Below are positions 1 to 10,410 of a DNA stretch of 64,000 nucleotides, in pieces; position 1 is the stretch's first letter, and each line of letters begins with the position of its first letter. The position numbers and the translations under genes are program-made. The notes under the pieces are model-generated. The model had not been told where the DNA came from. It did not search any database and was given only the letters and a program-made list of their open reading frames with translations. Source of the stretch: a virus (taxonomy: Duplodnaviria; Caudoviricetes). Where the stretch lies: IMG/VR virus record IMGVR_UViG_3300017963_000189, one strand, 5' to 3'.

Positions 1-1369
1 GTTTCGTCTCATACCAATTTATAGAATCATCCTCAACTTTTTCGTAAGCCGGAACATCAGATAATGGCAAATAAACTACTTGTCTAACTTTATCAGGTAA
101 CTCAGTTAAAACATCCCTTTTCATACGACGAATCATACAAGATTTTCTCAACTCAACTTGTAGTTCTTCCTCGTTCGCCGAACCATATGTCGTACCAAAC
201 CCATTCCATTGTGGCGGAGCGTAGCGGTTTATAAATTTCCTCTTTCCACCAAAATGTGTGTCCAAAATTCCTAACAAATCAAGCTGTGGTGCTAATTCAA
301 CAGTTCGATTTAGTATCGGTGTACCGGTCGTCAAAATCTTGAATGGAACATTCTTGAAATTTTTGAGTATGTAATCCGTTCGAGCAGCTTTTGGATTTTT
401 CAAATAGTGACTTTCGTCACATACAATGACTTTTGGTTTTCTTACCACAAAACGATTTGATACCTTTGACGCCATTGAATAACTTACAATGTATAAATCA
501 CCAGGTGGAATGATTTTGTTCTTATCAACCGCAACCACACTTTTATGAGGCAACCACGTCTTTATTTCTCGCGCCCAATTTTTCTTCAGCATCGCTGGTA
601 CAACAATCAATGCTGGATATAGTTGATGGTACTCTATAATCGCTAACGCTTGTATTGTCTTTCCTAATCCCATTTCGTCAGCGATAAGGATTGACCTTTT
701 ATGTTTTGAGTATTCCACCGATACTTTTTGGAATGGATATAGTTTCTCAAACATACCCTTGAATTCTTCCGTTTCTTCCATTTCAGCGGTTACGGATAAC
801 TCAAATAACTTCTTTTGTTTCTCAATCTCTTTCTTTAGTCTCTGTTTCGCCTTTTTTACTTTTTCTTCGTCAATGTCATATCCTATTACTTTAACTAATG
901 GATGATTTGTTAGTTCATCAAATACATTTTCATCACGAATAATTGAAAACCAAACTCCATCTTGATTTTGGCGAAATTCAAATTGAAAATCTAAATCCTT
1001 CTTAAAAAATCCTATTAATATGTCAAACTTGTCTTTCGGTAACCAGGGTAACCTGACCTCTATTACATTATTATCACCTACTATTTTAATGTTTATTTTA
1101 TCGTATACCGGTCGTTCCTTGTTAACTTCATCATTTTTTGAACTTAATGTTTCATAATCAATTTCATACTTGTCTAATACACTCTTGTTCTTTACTAAAC
1201 ATTCATCTATAAGTTTTACTTTACCATAATCCGTTATCTTTCCTCTCAACAAGTGTTCCAATAATATTCTATCAGCGCCAGAAAATCCCTGTATCTTTCC
1301 TTGTTTAACAAAATCAAGAAATAGTTTAGCGAATTTTACGGTATAATGTTCATTATAGTTGTTACTCAC
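1..1369 (-). CDS. SNF2/SWI2-family helicase (3'-truncated at window edge)
   Basis: Not in ORF track; read manually from GTG at 1369 (GGAGAG SD, overlaps ATGTGA of upstream gene). Motifs LYPFQ, ILIADEMGLGKT, VCDESH, TTGTPILN, MIRRMK. Confidence 0.9.
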   Translation of the reverse strand, partial: MSNNYNEHYTVKFAKLFLDFVKQGKIQGFSGADRILLEHLLRGKITDYGKVKLIDECLVKNKSVLDKYEIDYETLSSKNDEVNKERPVYDKINIKIVGDNNVIEVRLPWLPKDKFDILIGFFKKDLDFQFEFRQNQDGVWFSIIRDENVFDELTNHPLVKVIGYDIDEEKVKKAKQRLKKEIEKQKKLFELSVTAEMEETEEFKGMFEKLYPFQKVSVEYSKHKRSILIADEMGLGKTIQALAIIEYHQLYPALIVVPAMLKKNWAREIKTWLPHKSVVAVDKNKIIPPGDLYIVSYSMASKVSNRFVVRKPKVIVCDESHYLKNPKAARTDYILKNFKNVPFKILTTGTPILNRTVELAPQLDLLGILDTHFGGKRKFINRYAPPQWNGFGTTYGSANEEELQVELRKSCMIRRMKRDVLTELPDKVRQVVYLPLSDVPAYEKVEDDSINWYETK

Positions 1370-1743
1370 ATACTCTCTCCGATTTGGATTACTCTACCAT
1401 AAACGTTCTTTGTCCAACCGTTTATCCGTCCATGATTATTTCCAATCAATAGTCCACGTTTATCATTTTTTCCTTTTACTAAATGTGTATAAAGATTTCC
1501 CTTGACCTTACAATAAACTATGTCGCCTACATTACATTCTTCCCACGTCACCGGTTCCAGTGTAACCGGTTGACGAGATTTGATTAACGGCATCATAGAG
1601 TTGCCAGGTTCTTTGGAAATTATTGTCTCTCCATTCAATAACTTTTCAACTTTCCAATTCAAATACTTTCTCCAAAATGGGCTCAAATCGTCTAAAGATA
1701 CGCCAACGGGCTTCCTCTTTGTCGATAAATCCTGCCCAATCAA
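1366..1743 (-). CDS. S24/S26 peptidase-like small protein
   Basis: GNSMMPLI motif and GDIV..K pattern of S24/S26 fold; real start probably the TTG near 1659 overlapping the Nudix stop. Confidence 0.6.
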   Translation of the reverse strand: MIGQDLSTKRKPVGVSLDDLSPFWRKYLNWKVEKLLNGETIISKEPGNSMMPLIKSRQPVTLEPVTWEECNVGDIVYCKVKGNLYTHLVKGKNDKRGLLIGNNHGRINGWTKNVYGRVIQIGESM

Positions 1744-2089
1744 TCTCTCTTATTTGTAGTAAATCCTTTGGTATTGTTGGATAAATGTGTTTTATAAAAT
1801 GTTTGTCCTTTATCCTAACAACAAACCAAAATACTTTCTTGTATGTCTTACCTTGTTTATTCTTATAGTTTATTACTTTTGGTTCACCACTTTCTACCAT
1901 GTCGGGCGAAAACTCAACCCCGAATTCCTCTCTCGTTTCTCTTATCGCTGCGTCTAACTCACTCTCTCCAATCTCTATCTTTCCCTTTGGAATGCTGTAT
2001 GAGCCTTTCCACGGTGCTCCGGTGGGATGTCCTAATAAAATACTATCTTCGTAGATAATAACTAAACCGGCCGATTTCTCTATTCCCAT
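1646..2089 (-). CDS. Nudix hydrolase
   Basis: Nudix box GKIEIGESELDAAIRETREEFG. Confidence 0.9.
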   Translation of the reverse strand: MGIEKSAGLVIIYEDSILLGHPTGAPWKGSYSIPKGKIEIGESELDAAIRETREEFGVEFSPDMVESGEPKVINYKNKQGKTYKKVFWFVVRIKDKHFIKHIYPTIPKDLLQIREIDWAGFIDKEEARWRIFRRFEPILEKVFELES

Positions 2090-2116
2090 TTCTCACCTAT
2101 ATATAAATATATAACT

Positions 2117-2494
2117 TTAGTATTTCCAACCATTTTTCTCAACATATATCCATTCACGTAATTCACCACCATATGAATTGTAATCATACATAACTTTTAT
2201 CGTGTCGCCAACTTCAATGTGTCGAATAATAGCTGGGTCGGTAATAACCTTGTTACCAATGTTCGGAACAACCAACACTATACTATTTTCATTCTTCTCA
2301 ATAAAACTACCATCAGGTACAATGATTTCCGTTTCAACCGGTAATGCTAATCCTACAAAAAGAAAACCAAAAATTATTGTAAAAAAAGCTAAAAAGAACC
2401 CGAACCCCATCATTCCATCAAGATCAATCATCACTCCAAGAAAGAATATAATAATACCAACTGCTAAAAGTATTCCACTAATTATCAAAACCAT
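2117..2494 (-). CDS. Hypothetical membrane protein
   Basis: Two hydrophobic N-terminal segments. Confidence 0.65.
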   Translation of the reverse strand: MVLIISGILLAVGIIIFFLGVMIDLDGMMGFGFFLAFFTIIFGFLFVGLALPVETEIIVPDGSFIEKNENSIVLVVPNIGNKVITDPAIIRHIEVGDTIKVMYDYNSYGGELREWIYVEKNGWKY

Positions 2495-2497
2495 AAC

Positions 2498-3268
2498 TTA
2501 ATCTCCTATATTTCTACTTGTTATCCATTTTTCAATTATATATCTTTTATCCTTTACAAAATATGGTATTCTTGTATCGGCGACCCAGCGTGACCTTTCC
2601 ACCATTCCATCACCAACTACCACATCGTAACTTTCTTTATATACGACAAATCCCCACTTTTGTAAAGGTGTAAGATTATCCCACAAAATACCCTTTTTAT
2701 AACACATATCAACCATTTCTTGTTGATTCTTTCCATTACATTCACTGTGACTATATAATGAACGAGCAAGAGCTTGAATGGAATTTCTCTTGGCATCTTG
2801 TTGTCTCCAAATGAAAACATTTTCTATTTCGCCGACAGTTGGCACATTGAAAACTCGGGCATCAAATAATGCTGATGTCCATTGATCAAAATGACCCACT
2901 CCCTTTAGATTGAAATGTGCGGTGAACGCGGAAGCCATAATGGATGTGATCTTTTGTATCTTTCCACCAAAATACATTTGTGAATCAGGATTCGCCCATC
3001 CATTCAATAAAAATGTGACTTCATCAGATTGCCCGTAAGCCATAAGTATTTGTCCTACATCACGACATAAATCAATAGTCGCTTGTTGAAACAATAATGA
3101 CAAACGATAATCAAATGGTTTCTCGATGTTCATTCGTTTTACCCATGTGTGAAACGCCTTACCATCAAGGCGAACAAACGTAGGCATATTTTGATTTACA
3201 TATCCTAACTCCGGAGAATAAAATTCCTTCTCATACATTTTCATCCGGTCGCCTAATGAATCACTCAT
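2498..3268 (-). CDS. thg1: tRNA(His) guanylyltransferase Thg1-like protein (3'-5' polymerase)
   Basis: VRLDGKAFH, YGQSDEVTFL, FDARVF, WRQQDAKRNSI motifs; start taken at MSDSLG (GGAGG SD). Confidence 0.93.
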   Translation of the reverse strand: MSDSLGDRMKMYEKEFYSPELGYVNQNMPTFVRLDGKAFHTWVKRMNIEKPFDYRLSLLFQQATIDLCRDVGQILMAYGQSDEVTFLLNGWANPDSQMYFGGKIQKITSIMASAFTAHFNLKGVGHFDQWTSALFDARVFNVPTVGEIENVFIWRQQDAKRNSIQALARSLYSHSECNGKNQQEMVDMCYKKGILWDNLTPLQKWGFVVYKESYDVVVGDGMVERSRWVADTRIPYFVKDKRYIIEKWITSRNIGD

Positions 3269-3567
3269 AATTCCTCCGTCCATTGACAATGTTCATACGC
3301 ATCGTTTGAGCCTTCTTCATACTTTAGTTGCATAACTTCATCTATTTCATCTAAAAGTTCTTTGCTCAATTTTATACCAAATTCCACACAAGATTCTAAC
3401 TTAGCCATCAATACATTGTAACGATAATTTACTTCAGATAAAGTAACGTGTTGTATAAACTTTCCATCAATCCATAACTCCGCATCATAATATGGATATG
3501 AACCATCAATCTTTTTTACGTTACGATATTCTTTATCACGATACTTTTTTCCCATCTTTCTTTCCAT
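3265..3567 (-). CDS. Hypothetical protein
   Basis: Co-oriented ORF, overlaps neighbours. Confidence 0.6.
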   Translation of the reverse strand: MERKMGKKYRDKEYRNVKKIDGSYPYYDAELWIDGKFIQHVTLSEVNYRYNVLMAKLESCVEFGIKLSKELLDEIDEVMQLKYEEGSNDAYEHCQWTEEL

Positions 3568-3742
3568 AATTTATTTTACTTACATCATACTCACTTATTA
3601 TTTTTGACATTTCATTACATTTTTGGAGCCACAAAGCATCGTCCTTGAGTGTCGTTTTACCATCTTTCTTCTTTTCACGGTACTTCCTACTATACTCAAC
3701 AAACGACCTTATGACTTCCATTGTCTCTTTGTGTGTCGCCAT
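3536..3742 (-). CDS. Hypothetical protein
   Basis: Co-oriented ORF with GGAG SD. Confidence 0.6.
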   Translation of the reverse strand: MATHKETMEVIRSFVEYSRKYREKKKDGKTTLKDDALWLQKCNEMSKIISEYDVSKINYGKKDGKKVS

Positions 3743-3743
3743 T

Positions 3744-3923
3744 TTACTCCTTTACTTTGACTACATTATGTTTTACATGAACATATAAAAGAATGGCCAT
3801 TACCCCAATCAAATATACACCCGCCCAATCAATAGGTACATTGAATATAGAATACTTTACCATTATTACAAATACCGGTATAGCCATTAACGCAATTATT
3901 ATGTTTCTCATACGTTCTTTCAT
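3744..3923 (-). CDS. Small membrane protein
   Basis: Start at MKERMRN downstream of promoter; two hydrophobic helices. Confidence 0.6.
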   Translation of the reverse strand: MKERMRNIIIALMAIPVFVIMVKYSIFNVPIDWAGVYLIGVMAILLYVHVKHNVVKVKE

Positions 3924-3951
3924 GACACTTCCTTTCATTATAAGTTGATAT

Positions 3952-3980
3952 AATATAATAAATAAAAATGGATTTGTCAA
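3952..3980 (-). promoter_or_regulatory. sigma70-type promoter (CAG-TTGACA-N17-TATATT)
   Basis: Exact hexamers and 17-nt spacer; one of 13 copies. Confidence 0.8.
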
Positions 3981-3992
3981 CTGTTTTTTTAG

Positions 3993-4018
3993 AAAAAAAG
4001 GGCGATTCCTCGCCCTTT
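3993..4018 (-). terminator. Intrinsic terminator
   Basis: GGGCGA-GGAA-TCGCCC hairpin followed by T7. Confidence 0.8.
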
Positions 4019-4050
4019 CGATGTAACCTTATACTTATTATACTAATAAC

Positions 4051-4920
4051 TTAAAACTTTGTTCCACATTTCGGGCAGAATGCAAAATTCTTCTTTCTTC
4101 GTTTACCACACTGAGTACAATATTCTCGTGTCGCTTCTTGAATGTTTACTCGTTTTTTGGATAATGGAAAGATTTGAAATTCTTCAATGTGAGAAACCCA
4201 ACTTTCAAAATCAATATTCGTTTTATGGAATTTTTGTTTTGACTTTTTACCTTTCTCAATACGTCCAGTTTCTTCAGTTGGAACAGGTAAACTACATTGC
4301 ATTTCATCCCCAAGAGACACTTCCTTACAAGGATTTACATTACTTGTTGTAAATGAAATGTTATTATCACTACTATTTGAAATCGTTATCGTTCCACTTA
4401 AATTCGGATCAGCAGTATCTCCACCCGTATTACAATACCAATATGGTTCATATGGTGGGCAAGGCGTAATGTCTCGTTTATGGTAATGATGATGGTAAAT
4501 ATGAGTAGATACCGGTTGAATCAACCAATTAGGAAATTGTCTTTCCTTATAAAACTCGATCTTGACTTTACCATTTTCGGCGACCAAATGACCACGACCT
4601 TGTTCAATCTCATACGTCTCAAACTTGAACTTGTGTTTCTTCTTTCCACTCGCTGTTATATCAGGTGTGTCCAAAAATACGTGTTCACCAGGTTTCAAAA
4701 CTAATCCACTTTCGGATGTCTTTTCGCCGTTTAAACTGATCATGGCGAGCCATGTGTAGGGCGTACAGTTGTCCAACTCAATTTGGAATTCCGTTCCGTC
4801 AGCCATAAAGACCTGATTGTAAGGATAAGTTTTGATTCTGGATTTGTTAATTGTGATGTGCGCTGATGGATAATCCATAACAGCGACGGATGATGTGCTA
4901 ACGCGTCTGTGTTGTTTCAT
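4051..4920 (-). CDS. Hypothetical protein with C-terminal zinc ribbon
   Basis: CTQCG...FCPKCG at C-terminus; AGGAG SD. Confidence 0.75.
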   Translation of the reverse strand: MKQHRRVSTSSVAVMDYPSAHITINKSRIKTYPYNQVFMADGTEFQIELDNCTPYTWLAMISLNGEKTSESGLVLKPGEHVFLDTPDITASGKKKHKFKFETYEIEQGRGHLVAENGKVKIEFYKERQFPNWLIQPVSTHIYHHHYHKRDITPCPPYEPYWYCNTGGDTADPNLSGTITISNSSDNNISFTTSNVNPCKEVSLGDEMQCSLPVPTEETGRIEKGKKSKQKFHKTNIDFESWVSHIEEFQIFPLSKKRVNIQEATREYCTQCGKRRKKNFAFCPKCGTKF

Positions 4921-5052
4921 AGCAATTCTCCTTATTTATTTGATAAATACCTGCAAACCAATTCATGTCCCGTTGGAACATTCTAAAGTCACCATTAACT
5001 CTTGGCTAACAGATTGATGAATTACATATATAAATATATAAAAATTTATTTT

Positions 5053-5685
5053 TTACTTATGTAACACTTTTGATTCTTCTAATTCTTTTGTATAAAAACA
5101 ATAATGTAACATTGGATATTCTGCAATATATCTTACAGGTTCCCTATCTCCAGGTAAAGTAGGTTTCGCACAATATTTATATGGTTTATATCCTATACCT
5201 TCTACCCATTTATACGCTTTACAATGTCTTGGATTTGGATATTTCATTACGTGTCGCCCATCGTCCGTAATCATTTTATACGAAAACATCATTATATCAT
5301 CACTCGATACCATAAACTTTTTTAAGTCAATAAGAAAATCCTCGTGAAATGTTTCATCTTCGTCTGGCGACAAAATGATGTCAGGTTTTTCGTCGTCTAA
5401 CTCTCGTAATAATTCCTCTCTCCAATTCCACCGATTCCACTTTATATCACTCGTAAATGTAATGAGCTTTGTTCCACTGGCTGCTTCTATACACTGGAGC
5501 CAAATGTCGGTGTCGCCATTTACCTCGTCAAATCTCAAAACTAATATGTCTACTAACTTTTTTAGTTCGCGGATCATCCGGGGCGCCATAGGGAAATCAT
5601 TTATCGCTACGATTCCTGCTACCTTTTTCTCTATCTCGTTGATTGTAAAACCTTCGTCACTAAAACCTTTTATTTTATATTTCAC
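5053..5685 (-). CDS. GT-A fold (GT2-like) glycosyltransferase
   Basis: PDIILSPDEDE resembles the GT2 DxD motif. Confidence 0.55.
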   Translation of the reverse strand: MKYKIKGFSDEGFTINEIEKKVAGIVAINDFPMAPRMIRELKKLVDILVLRFDEVNGDTDIWLQCIEAASGTKLITFTSDIKWNRWNWREELLRELDDEKPDIILSPDEDETFHEDFLIDLKKFMVSSDDIMMFSYKMITDDGRHVMKYPNPRHCKAYKWVEGIGYKPYKYCAKPTLPGDREPVRYIAEYPMLHYCFYTKELEESKVLHK

Positions 5686-5993
5686 TGTAACTTTTCCTCG
5701 TCAAACTCGTCAAATGTTATGATCGCTGGACAATACTGCATCTTACCATTCTTGAAATGTTTGATCCATACATCGGGTGCTTCAGAGCCTTGTCCATACA
5801 ATGTAATTACATAATCTTCATGTTTCTTGGAAAATTCTCTCAAATCCTTTTCATGCTCTAACCAGATTGTCGGATCGCCGCTTAACGCATATTTGGCTTC
5901 CTTATATTCCTCACAAATCGCATCAATAATTTCTTCCGCATATGGCTCTACATCTATCGAATATAAAACAAACTCATTCATCGTCATTCCCAA
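5682..5993 (-). CDS. Hypothetical protein
   Basis: Co-oriented ORF. Confidence 0.65.
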   Translation of the reverse strand: MGMTMNEFVLYSIDVEPYAEEIIDAICEEYKEAKYALSGDPTIWLEHEKDLREFSKKHEDYVITLYGQGSEAPDVWIKHFKNGKMQYCPAIITFDEFDEEKLQ

Positions 5994-6789
5994 AAAGTTT
6001 ATCAGGATCCCATCTGTATAGGTGTCCGTCTTTCTCAGCTCCCTCTATACCCTTTTCCTTGATAATTTCGTCTAACTCGTCGCCAGTCTTTCGTATTTCT
6101 TCGCCCGTTTCGTCACGACGATCAGGATCACCGTAAAAAGAAATGTCGTCCAAAATTCCACCAACTACATCAAATACAGTCATCTTCTTGTGACCTATAA
6201 CACAATACCAATAATCAGGATCGTCAGGAGTTTTATTCGTTTGGTATCTTTCCCAATCCAACATTCTGTATTCAGTATCTATCTTAAAGGGATAGCCTTT
6301 CATCTCATTTATTGGTGTAAATGAAAAAGAGATGCCCATATCATCCATCCAATCACCAGTTTCTTCGTCAAGTGTTTCGCCACGACCACCAAAACCTACC
6401 CATTCCTCAACTTCTCTATATTCACCATTGATACTCTTATCCCACCATTCAGTTGACCAAGCAACTTGTAAATACTTTGTTCGGGTATGACCATCGGGCT
6501 TATCCACAAATGGTTTCTTCCATTCGTCTACCCACTTACCCAAATCAAAATGACCAAGTTGACTGGCGAAAATCACACTAATAATTTCATGGTTGTCCAT
6601 AACATGATTGAAAAAATCCTCAAATGTTATATCGTCCTCTACTCGTATTTCTTCATTGAGATATGGTATAAAACTCTCTACTTTGTTTTCAAGTTGTTCG
6701 CCATCATCCCAATCACGGTAATATATTCCATCCTTTTTGATAAGGATTCCTCTTGTAAATTCACTCATAATAACCTCTCTATTTTTCAT
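5974..6789 (-). CDS. Hypothetical acidic protein
   Basis: 271-aa ORF; start may be MSEFT at 6768. Confidence 0.7.
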   Translation of the reverse strand: MKNREVIMSEFTRGILIKKDGIYYRDWDDGEQLENKVESFIPYLNEEIRVEDDITFEDFFNHVMDNHEIISVIFASQLGHFDLGKWVDEWKKPFVDKPDGHTRTKYLQVAWSTEWWDKSINGEYREVEEWVGFGGRGETLDEETGDWMDDMGISFSFTPINEMKGYPFKIDTEYRMLDWERYQTNKTPDDPDYWYCVIGHKKMTVFDVVGGILDDISFYGDPDRRDETGEEIRKTGDELDEIIKEKGIEGAEKDGHLYRWDPDKLFGNDDE

Positions 6790-8380
6790 TTACAGGATCA
6801 CTTTGTACTGAATAATCAACATCAGGATCATCTTCCATATGACCCACATTTACACTACCACCTGCTTGAAATGGCGACCGTATAATCATTCCTTGACCCT
6901 CTTTCTTTACTTTTCTTACAGCATCCTCAAAATACGCTCGTATCTCGTCATTTGTTACGGGTGATTTCTTTTTTTCCTCTATCTCTTTCTCAAACGCTTC
7001 TTCGTCCTTTTTCTCAGGTTCCGTCCTCATTTTATCAAAAAACTCGTTTTTGTGTTTTACCTTTTCTACCGCATCTATAATCTTTTCTTTTGGTATGTCG
7101 CCCGATTTCGCAGGCTCTTGAACTATTCGTTCTTTTGTTGGTTCATCTTGTCCTACCTTTTTCGTCGTTTCCTCTAATGCCTCAGAAAAATCTTCGTCTA
7201 AATCCTCTTGACTTTCAATGAAATGTTTAAATAACTCAGTTCCTGCTTTTAACTCTTTCTCTACCTCAACTTCATTTTCCATTTCCTCAATTTCGTCGTC
7301 TACCTCTTGAAGAAAATCCTTTTCCTCTTTTATCTTCTTTTCTATGTTGTCAAATGATTCTTCTATCGGTTTCGCAGATTCTATACCCGGTTTATCAAAA
7401 ATAATTTCATCGTCCTCGTCGTCCTCTTGTGGTATATCATAACCACCAAATTCACCTACCTCTAAACCAATGTGTTCTTGTGGTATAGGATCAAATGAAC
7501 TTGTAATAGAAAAATCTCCCGGTAACGCAGGATCAATACCTACACTATATTCTTTCTCTTGTCTACCTTTCATTATCACAGAGTTATAGGCGACAATCAA
7601 AGCAATAGCTAATGGATCAAACACAAATACAATGACCAATGTAAACCATTTCATTACATTGTCCATCGTCGTATTGAATATACGTGCCATATAAACCAAA
7701 GGCCCAACGTCTACACCGGTGTCTATCATTTCAAGTTTTTTGTCCGAAATGTCCTGTTCTACGGTAGATAATCTCACATTCGTTGTATCAAGTTGTTCGG
7801 TGTAACGTGAAATGTTGTCGTCTATTCTCGTTAATTCTTCGTCATATCTCTTGTGTGCTTGACTATTTCTCCACGCTCTATACTTTACAGAATTAGAATC
7901 CGTCGCTGTATTGTTAGCAGCTATCTCACTGTTACGATTCTCAATGGTTGATTGTCTCTCCGCTCTCAGTGTCGCTATATCACTTTTCAATCTTTCTCGT
8001 TCATCCACTAAATTTTGTTTTCGTTGATCCAATACTTGAGCTTGACTATTGATTTTATCTAATCCTATCGTCGCCCCTTGATAACTGTTAGTCAAATAAC
8101 CATAAATACCACCGGACGTTACTAACATCAATACCAATACTGCTATCGATAAATACGTCTTTAATCCCCAACCTGTTGTTTTCCAATACCTATACAAAAA
8201 TGACGCGGTGATGATCTTGGCGAATTCCAAGGCACCCATGGCGATTGCCACGTATAACATTTCCCCTGAGTATAACATGGATAAACCCGTTACAGAAAAG
8301 ATCGCTGCAGCAGCAGCTACCAGTAACGCTGAAAATCCCAATAAGGTTGTGAATATTTTTGAGTTAGTTTTTTCGAGCAT
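6779..8380 (-). CDS. Membrane-anchored coiled-coil protein with acidic tail
   Basis: Three N-terminal TM segments, coiled coil, fourth TM (VFVFDPLAIAL), long D/E/K-rich tail. Confidence 0.75.
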   Translation of the reverse strand: MLEKTNSKIFTTLLGFSALLVAAAAAIFSVTGLSMLYSGEMLYVAIAMGALEFAKIITASFLYRYWKTTGWGLKTYLSIAVLVLMLVTSGGIYGYLTNSYQGATIGLDKINSQAQVLDQRKQNLVDERERLKSDIATLRAERQSTIENRNSEIAANNTATDSNSVKYRAWRNSQAHKRYDEELTRIDDNISRYTEQLDTTNVRLSTVEQDISDKKLEMIDTGVDVGPLVYMARIFNTTMDNVMKWFTLVIVFVFDPLAIALIVAYNSVIMKGRQEKEYSVGIDPALPGDFSITSSFDPIPQEHIGLEVGEFGGYDIPQEDDEDDEIIFDKPGIESAKPIEESFDNIEKKIKEEKDFLQEVDDEIEEMENEVEVEKELKAGTELFKHFIESQEDLDEDFSEALEETTKKVGQDEPTKERIVQEPAKSGDIPKEKIIDAVEKVKHKNEFFDKMRTEPEKKDEEAFEKEIEEKKKSPVTNDEIRAYFEDAVRKVKKEGQGMIIRSPFQAGGSVNVGHMEDDPDVDYSVQSDPVNEK

Positions 8381-8382
8381 TT

Positions 8383-8562
8383 TTAATCTTGATTTTCTCT
8401 ATTGAGTAAAGCCAGGATTTGTCCTAACTCGTGTTGAATTTTACCGTAAGATTCATGAACCTGTTCTTTTGTTAACGCATCCTTTTCAATGGAACGTTTT
8501 AACCCTTCTACGTTGTCGGTTAATCTTTCAATCTTTTCTACTATAATATCTTTAAATCTCAT
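8383..8562 (-). CDS. Small hypothetical protein (59 aa, MRFKDIIVEK...)
   Basis: Read manually, below ORF-track cut-off; AAAGGA SD. Confidence 0.55.
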   Translation of the reverse strand: MRFKDIIVEKIERLTDNVEGLKRSIEKDALTKEQVHESYGKIQHELGQILALLNRENQD

Positions 8563-8607
8563 AACATATCCTTTCCGTTTACGTTTTACACATACTTATA
8601 TAAATAT

Positions 8608-8635
8608 TAAACTATTGAAAAATCAAATAGTTCCA
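8608..8635 (-). promoter_or_regulatory. Putative alternative-sigma promoter TGGAAC-N16-AGT
   Basis: One of five similar elements. Confidence 0.45.
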
Positions 8636-8641
8636 CAAAAT

Positions 8642-8672
8642 AAAAAACCCGCCCTACACAAATGGGGCGGGT
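8642..8672 (-). terminator. Intrinsic terminator downstream of rsr
   Basis: CCCGCCC-N10-GGGCGGG followed by T6. Confidence 0.85.
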
Positions 8673-8726
8673 CTCGGCTAAGTTCATAGCTCTCCCAGAG
8701 TCCTCCAGTCTCCCGGCTGTTCTGGA

Positions 8727-10370
8727 TTAGAATTTATCCATAATAAAGTCACTCATTATAGATGGCGCGTTTGTGTCGAAACCAACAACGTCGAGTGAGC
8801 TTCTATCCTTTGGATCAGCAATAGTGAAACCATTCGATGCCATACCAACTACAACTAACTTGACATCGTGACCCACTTTATGACGATAACGATCCATTGC
8901 TTCGCTTGGTTGGATATTTCCTGCCCAAGTTTCATTATCGGTATATACAAAAATCGCGTCAAAATCCTTGTTCATACCAGCGGCCCACAATGCTGGTAAA
9001 GCACAATCAGTTCCACCAAAATCTAACCTGCTAACGTAATTATCCACATCATTCAAACTCATTCTATCGTGTAACTTCAATTCCGTTACATTAGTTAACG
9101 CTTGACCAGAACCATACCAACCACCACCGGTAAATCCAATAATACCCCAGTTCTTTTCAGCTTTCATCGTTACCATAGCCATTGCGGACGATGCGGAACG
9201 ACAACTGATAAATGGAGCGTTTTGAATACCACTACCCATAGAACCAGATACATCCAAAGCAATCAAGATTCTCTTACCCGTAGACTCAATGTTCTTGAAT
9301 GCTTTGTAAAATCCTGCGTCCAAAGCGGAAACGATTTGTGGTACAACGTTCCAAGTATTAGACCCACGAAAACCACGTCCTGCTTCATAGGTTTTCAAAG
9401 CCATTAATAATTGAATAGGATGTACACGTGCTTTCTTTAACGCTTCATCATTAGTGATCTTGTCAACCACTAAGTTGATTTCGTCAAAGTTACCACTTTC
9501 CAAGATACCAACTTTGGATAAGTTACCTAAATTACGAATTAACGCAGTCATAGGCATTGTTGGTAACAACGCTTCGTATACTTTCTTTCCTAAGAATTGT
9601 GTAGGAATAGCTTCCCGTGGCAAGTTATATTCCTTAATCAAGTTCACAATTTCCTTTTCATTTTCGGCTTTCTTTGCTAACTCAAAACCATAAATCATTG
9701 GAATTTTCCTATACTTCTCAATGTCGCCATTGATTCCTTGAGTAATCCAATGGAATACCTTGTTCATATCTTCATTGACGGCTTGTGCATGAGACTTACG
9801 TAAAATGTCACGGTGACTCCACCCGTCACGAGATTGATACTTGACTACTTGATACGCCAACTTGTTGATGTCCTTGTCGGTGTACCACTTGGCGAATGCC
9901 TTACGTAATCCACGACCCCAACCACGCATCGAGTTTACGAACTCTGTGAAATGGAATAAATGAGTACCAATACGTGCTACTTTACTCAAGTTGTCCAAAG
10001 CGTACTTCTTAGCTTCGTCAGTTCCATAGGAAGCAACCATCGCTAATACGAATAACGCTGGATCATTATTAGGTGCACGACCCTCTAAAGAAATCTCAAC
10101 TACACGATTTACAACTTCAATGCCATCTTCCTTGATTAACTTTTCAATGTTCTTAGCATTCTTCTTAGTTAACTTTTGCGCGGATGCGTAATAAGTTGGT
10201 TGATCGCTACCCAATACTAAGAAACGATTTAACTTATCCCACTTGTCCAACTTAAATGAGACGCCACCGCCATAATTCTTAGCCATATCTTTCTTACGAC
10301 CCTTGATTTTTTGGTTTTGTGGAGTTGCTACCTTAGTAGACTTGTTTAAAGTTTTGGTATAATTTTGCAT
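8727..10370 (-). CDS. rsr: Ro60/Rsr TROVE-domain RNA-binding protein with vWA domain
   Basis: FLVLGS..TYY, SRDGWSHRDIL, PMTALIRNL, IALDVSGSM, GGTDCALP, YTDNETWAG, FTIADP; start MQNYT at 10370 after AGGAGG. Confidence 0.95.
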   Translation of the reverse strand: MQNYTKTLNKSTKVATPQNQKIKGRKKDMAKNYGGGVSFKLDKWDKLNRFLVLGSDQPTYYASAQKLTKKNAKNIEKLIKEDGIEVVNRVVEISLEGRAPNNDPALFVLAMVASYGTDEAKKYALDNLSKVARIGTHLFHFTEFVNSMRGWGRGLRKAFAKWYTDKDINKLAYQVVKYQSRDGWSHRDILRKSHAQAVNEDMNKVFHWITQGINGDIEKYRKIPMIYGFELAKKAENEKEIVNLIKEYNLPREAIPTQFLGKKVYEALLPTMPMTALIRNLGNLSKVGILESGNFDEINLVVDKITNDEALKKARVHPIQLLMALKTYEAGRGFRGSNTWNVVPQIVSALDAGFYKAFKNIESTGKRILIALDVSGSMGSGIQNAPFISCRSASSAMAMVTMKAEKNWGIIGFTGGGWYGSGQALTNVTELKLHDRMSLNDVDNYVSRLDFGGTDCALPALWAAGMNKDFDAIFVYTDNETWAGNIQPSEAMDRYRHKVGHDVKLVVVGMASNGFTIADPKDRSSLDVVGFDTNAPSIMSDFIMDKF

Positions 10371-10410
10371 GATTCGACCCTCCTGTTTAAAGGTAAATGT
10401 TATATAAACT

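Noticed and set aside
8675-8726. GGGAGA/GGAGGA triplet after rsr stop as CsrA sites or SD of a small ORF
   Set aside because: No convincing hairpin-loop presentation, and the ORF would run through the terminator
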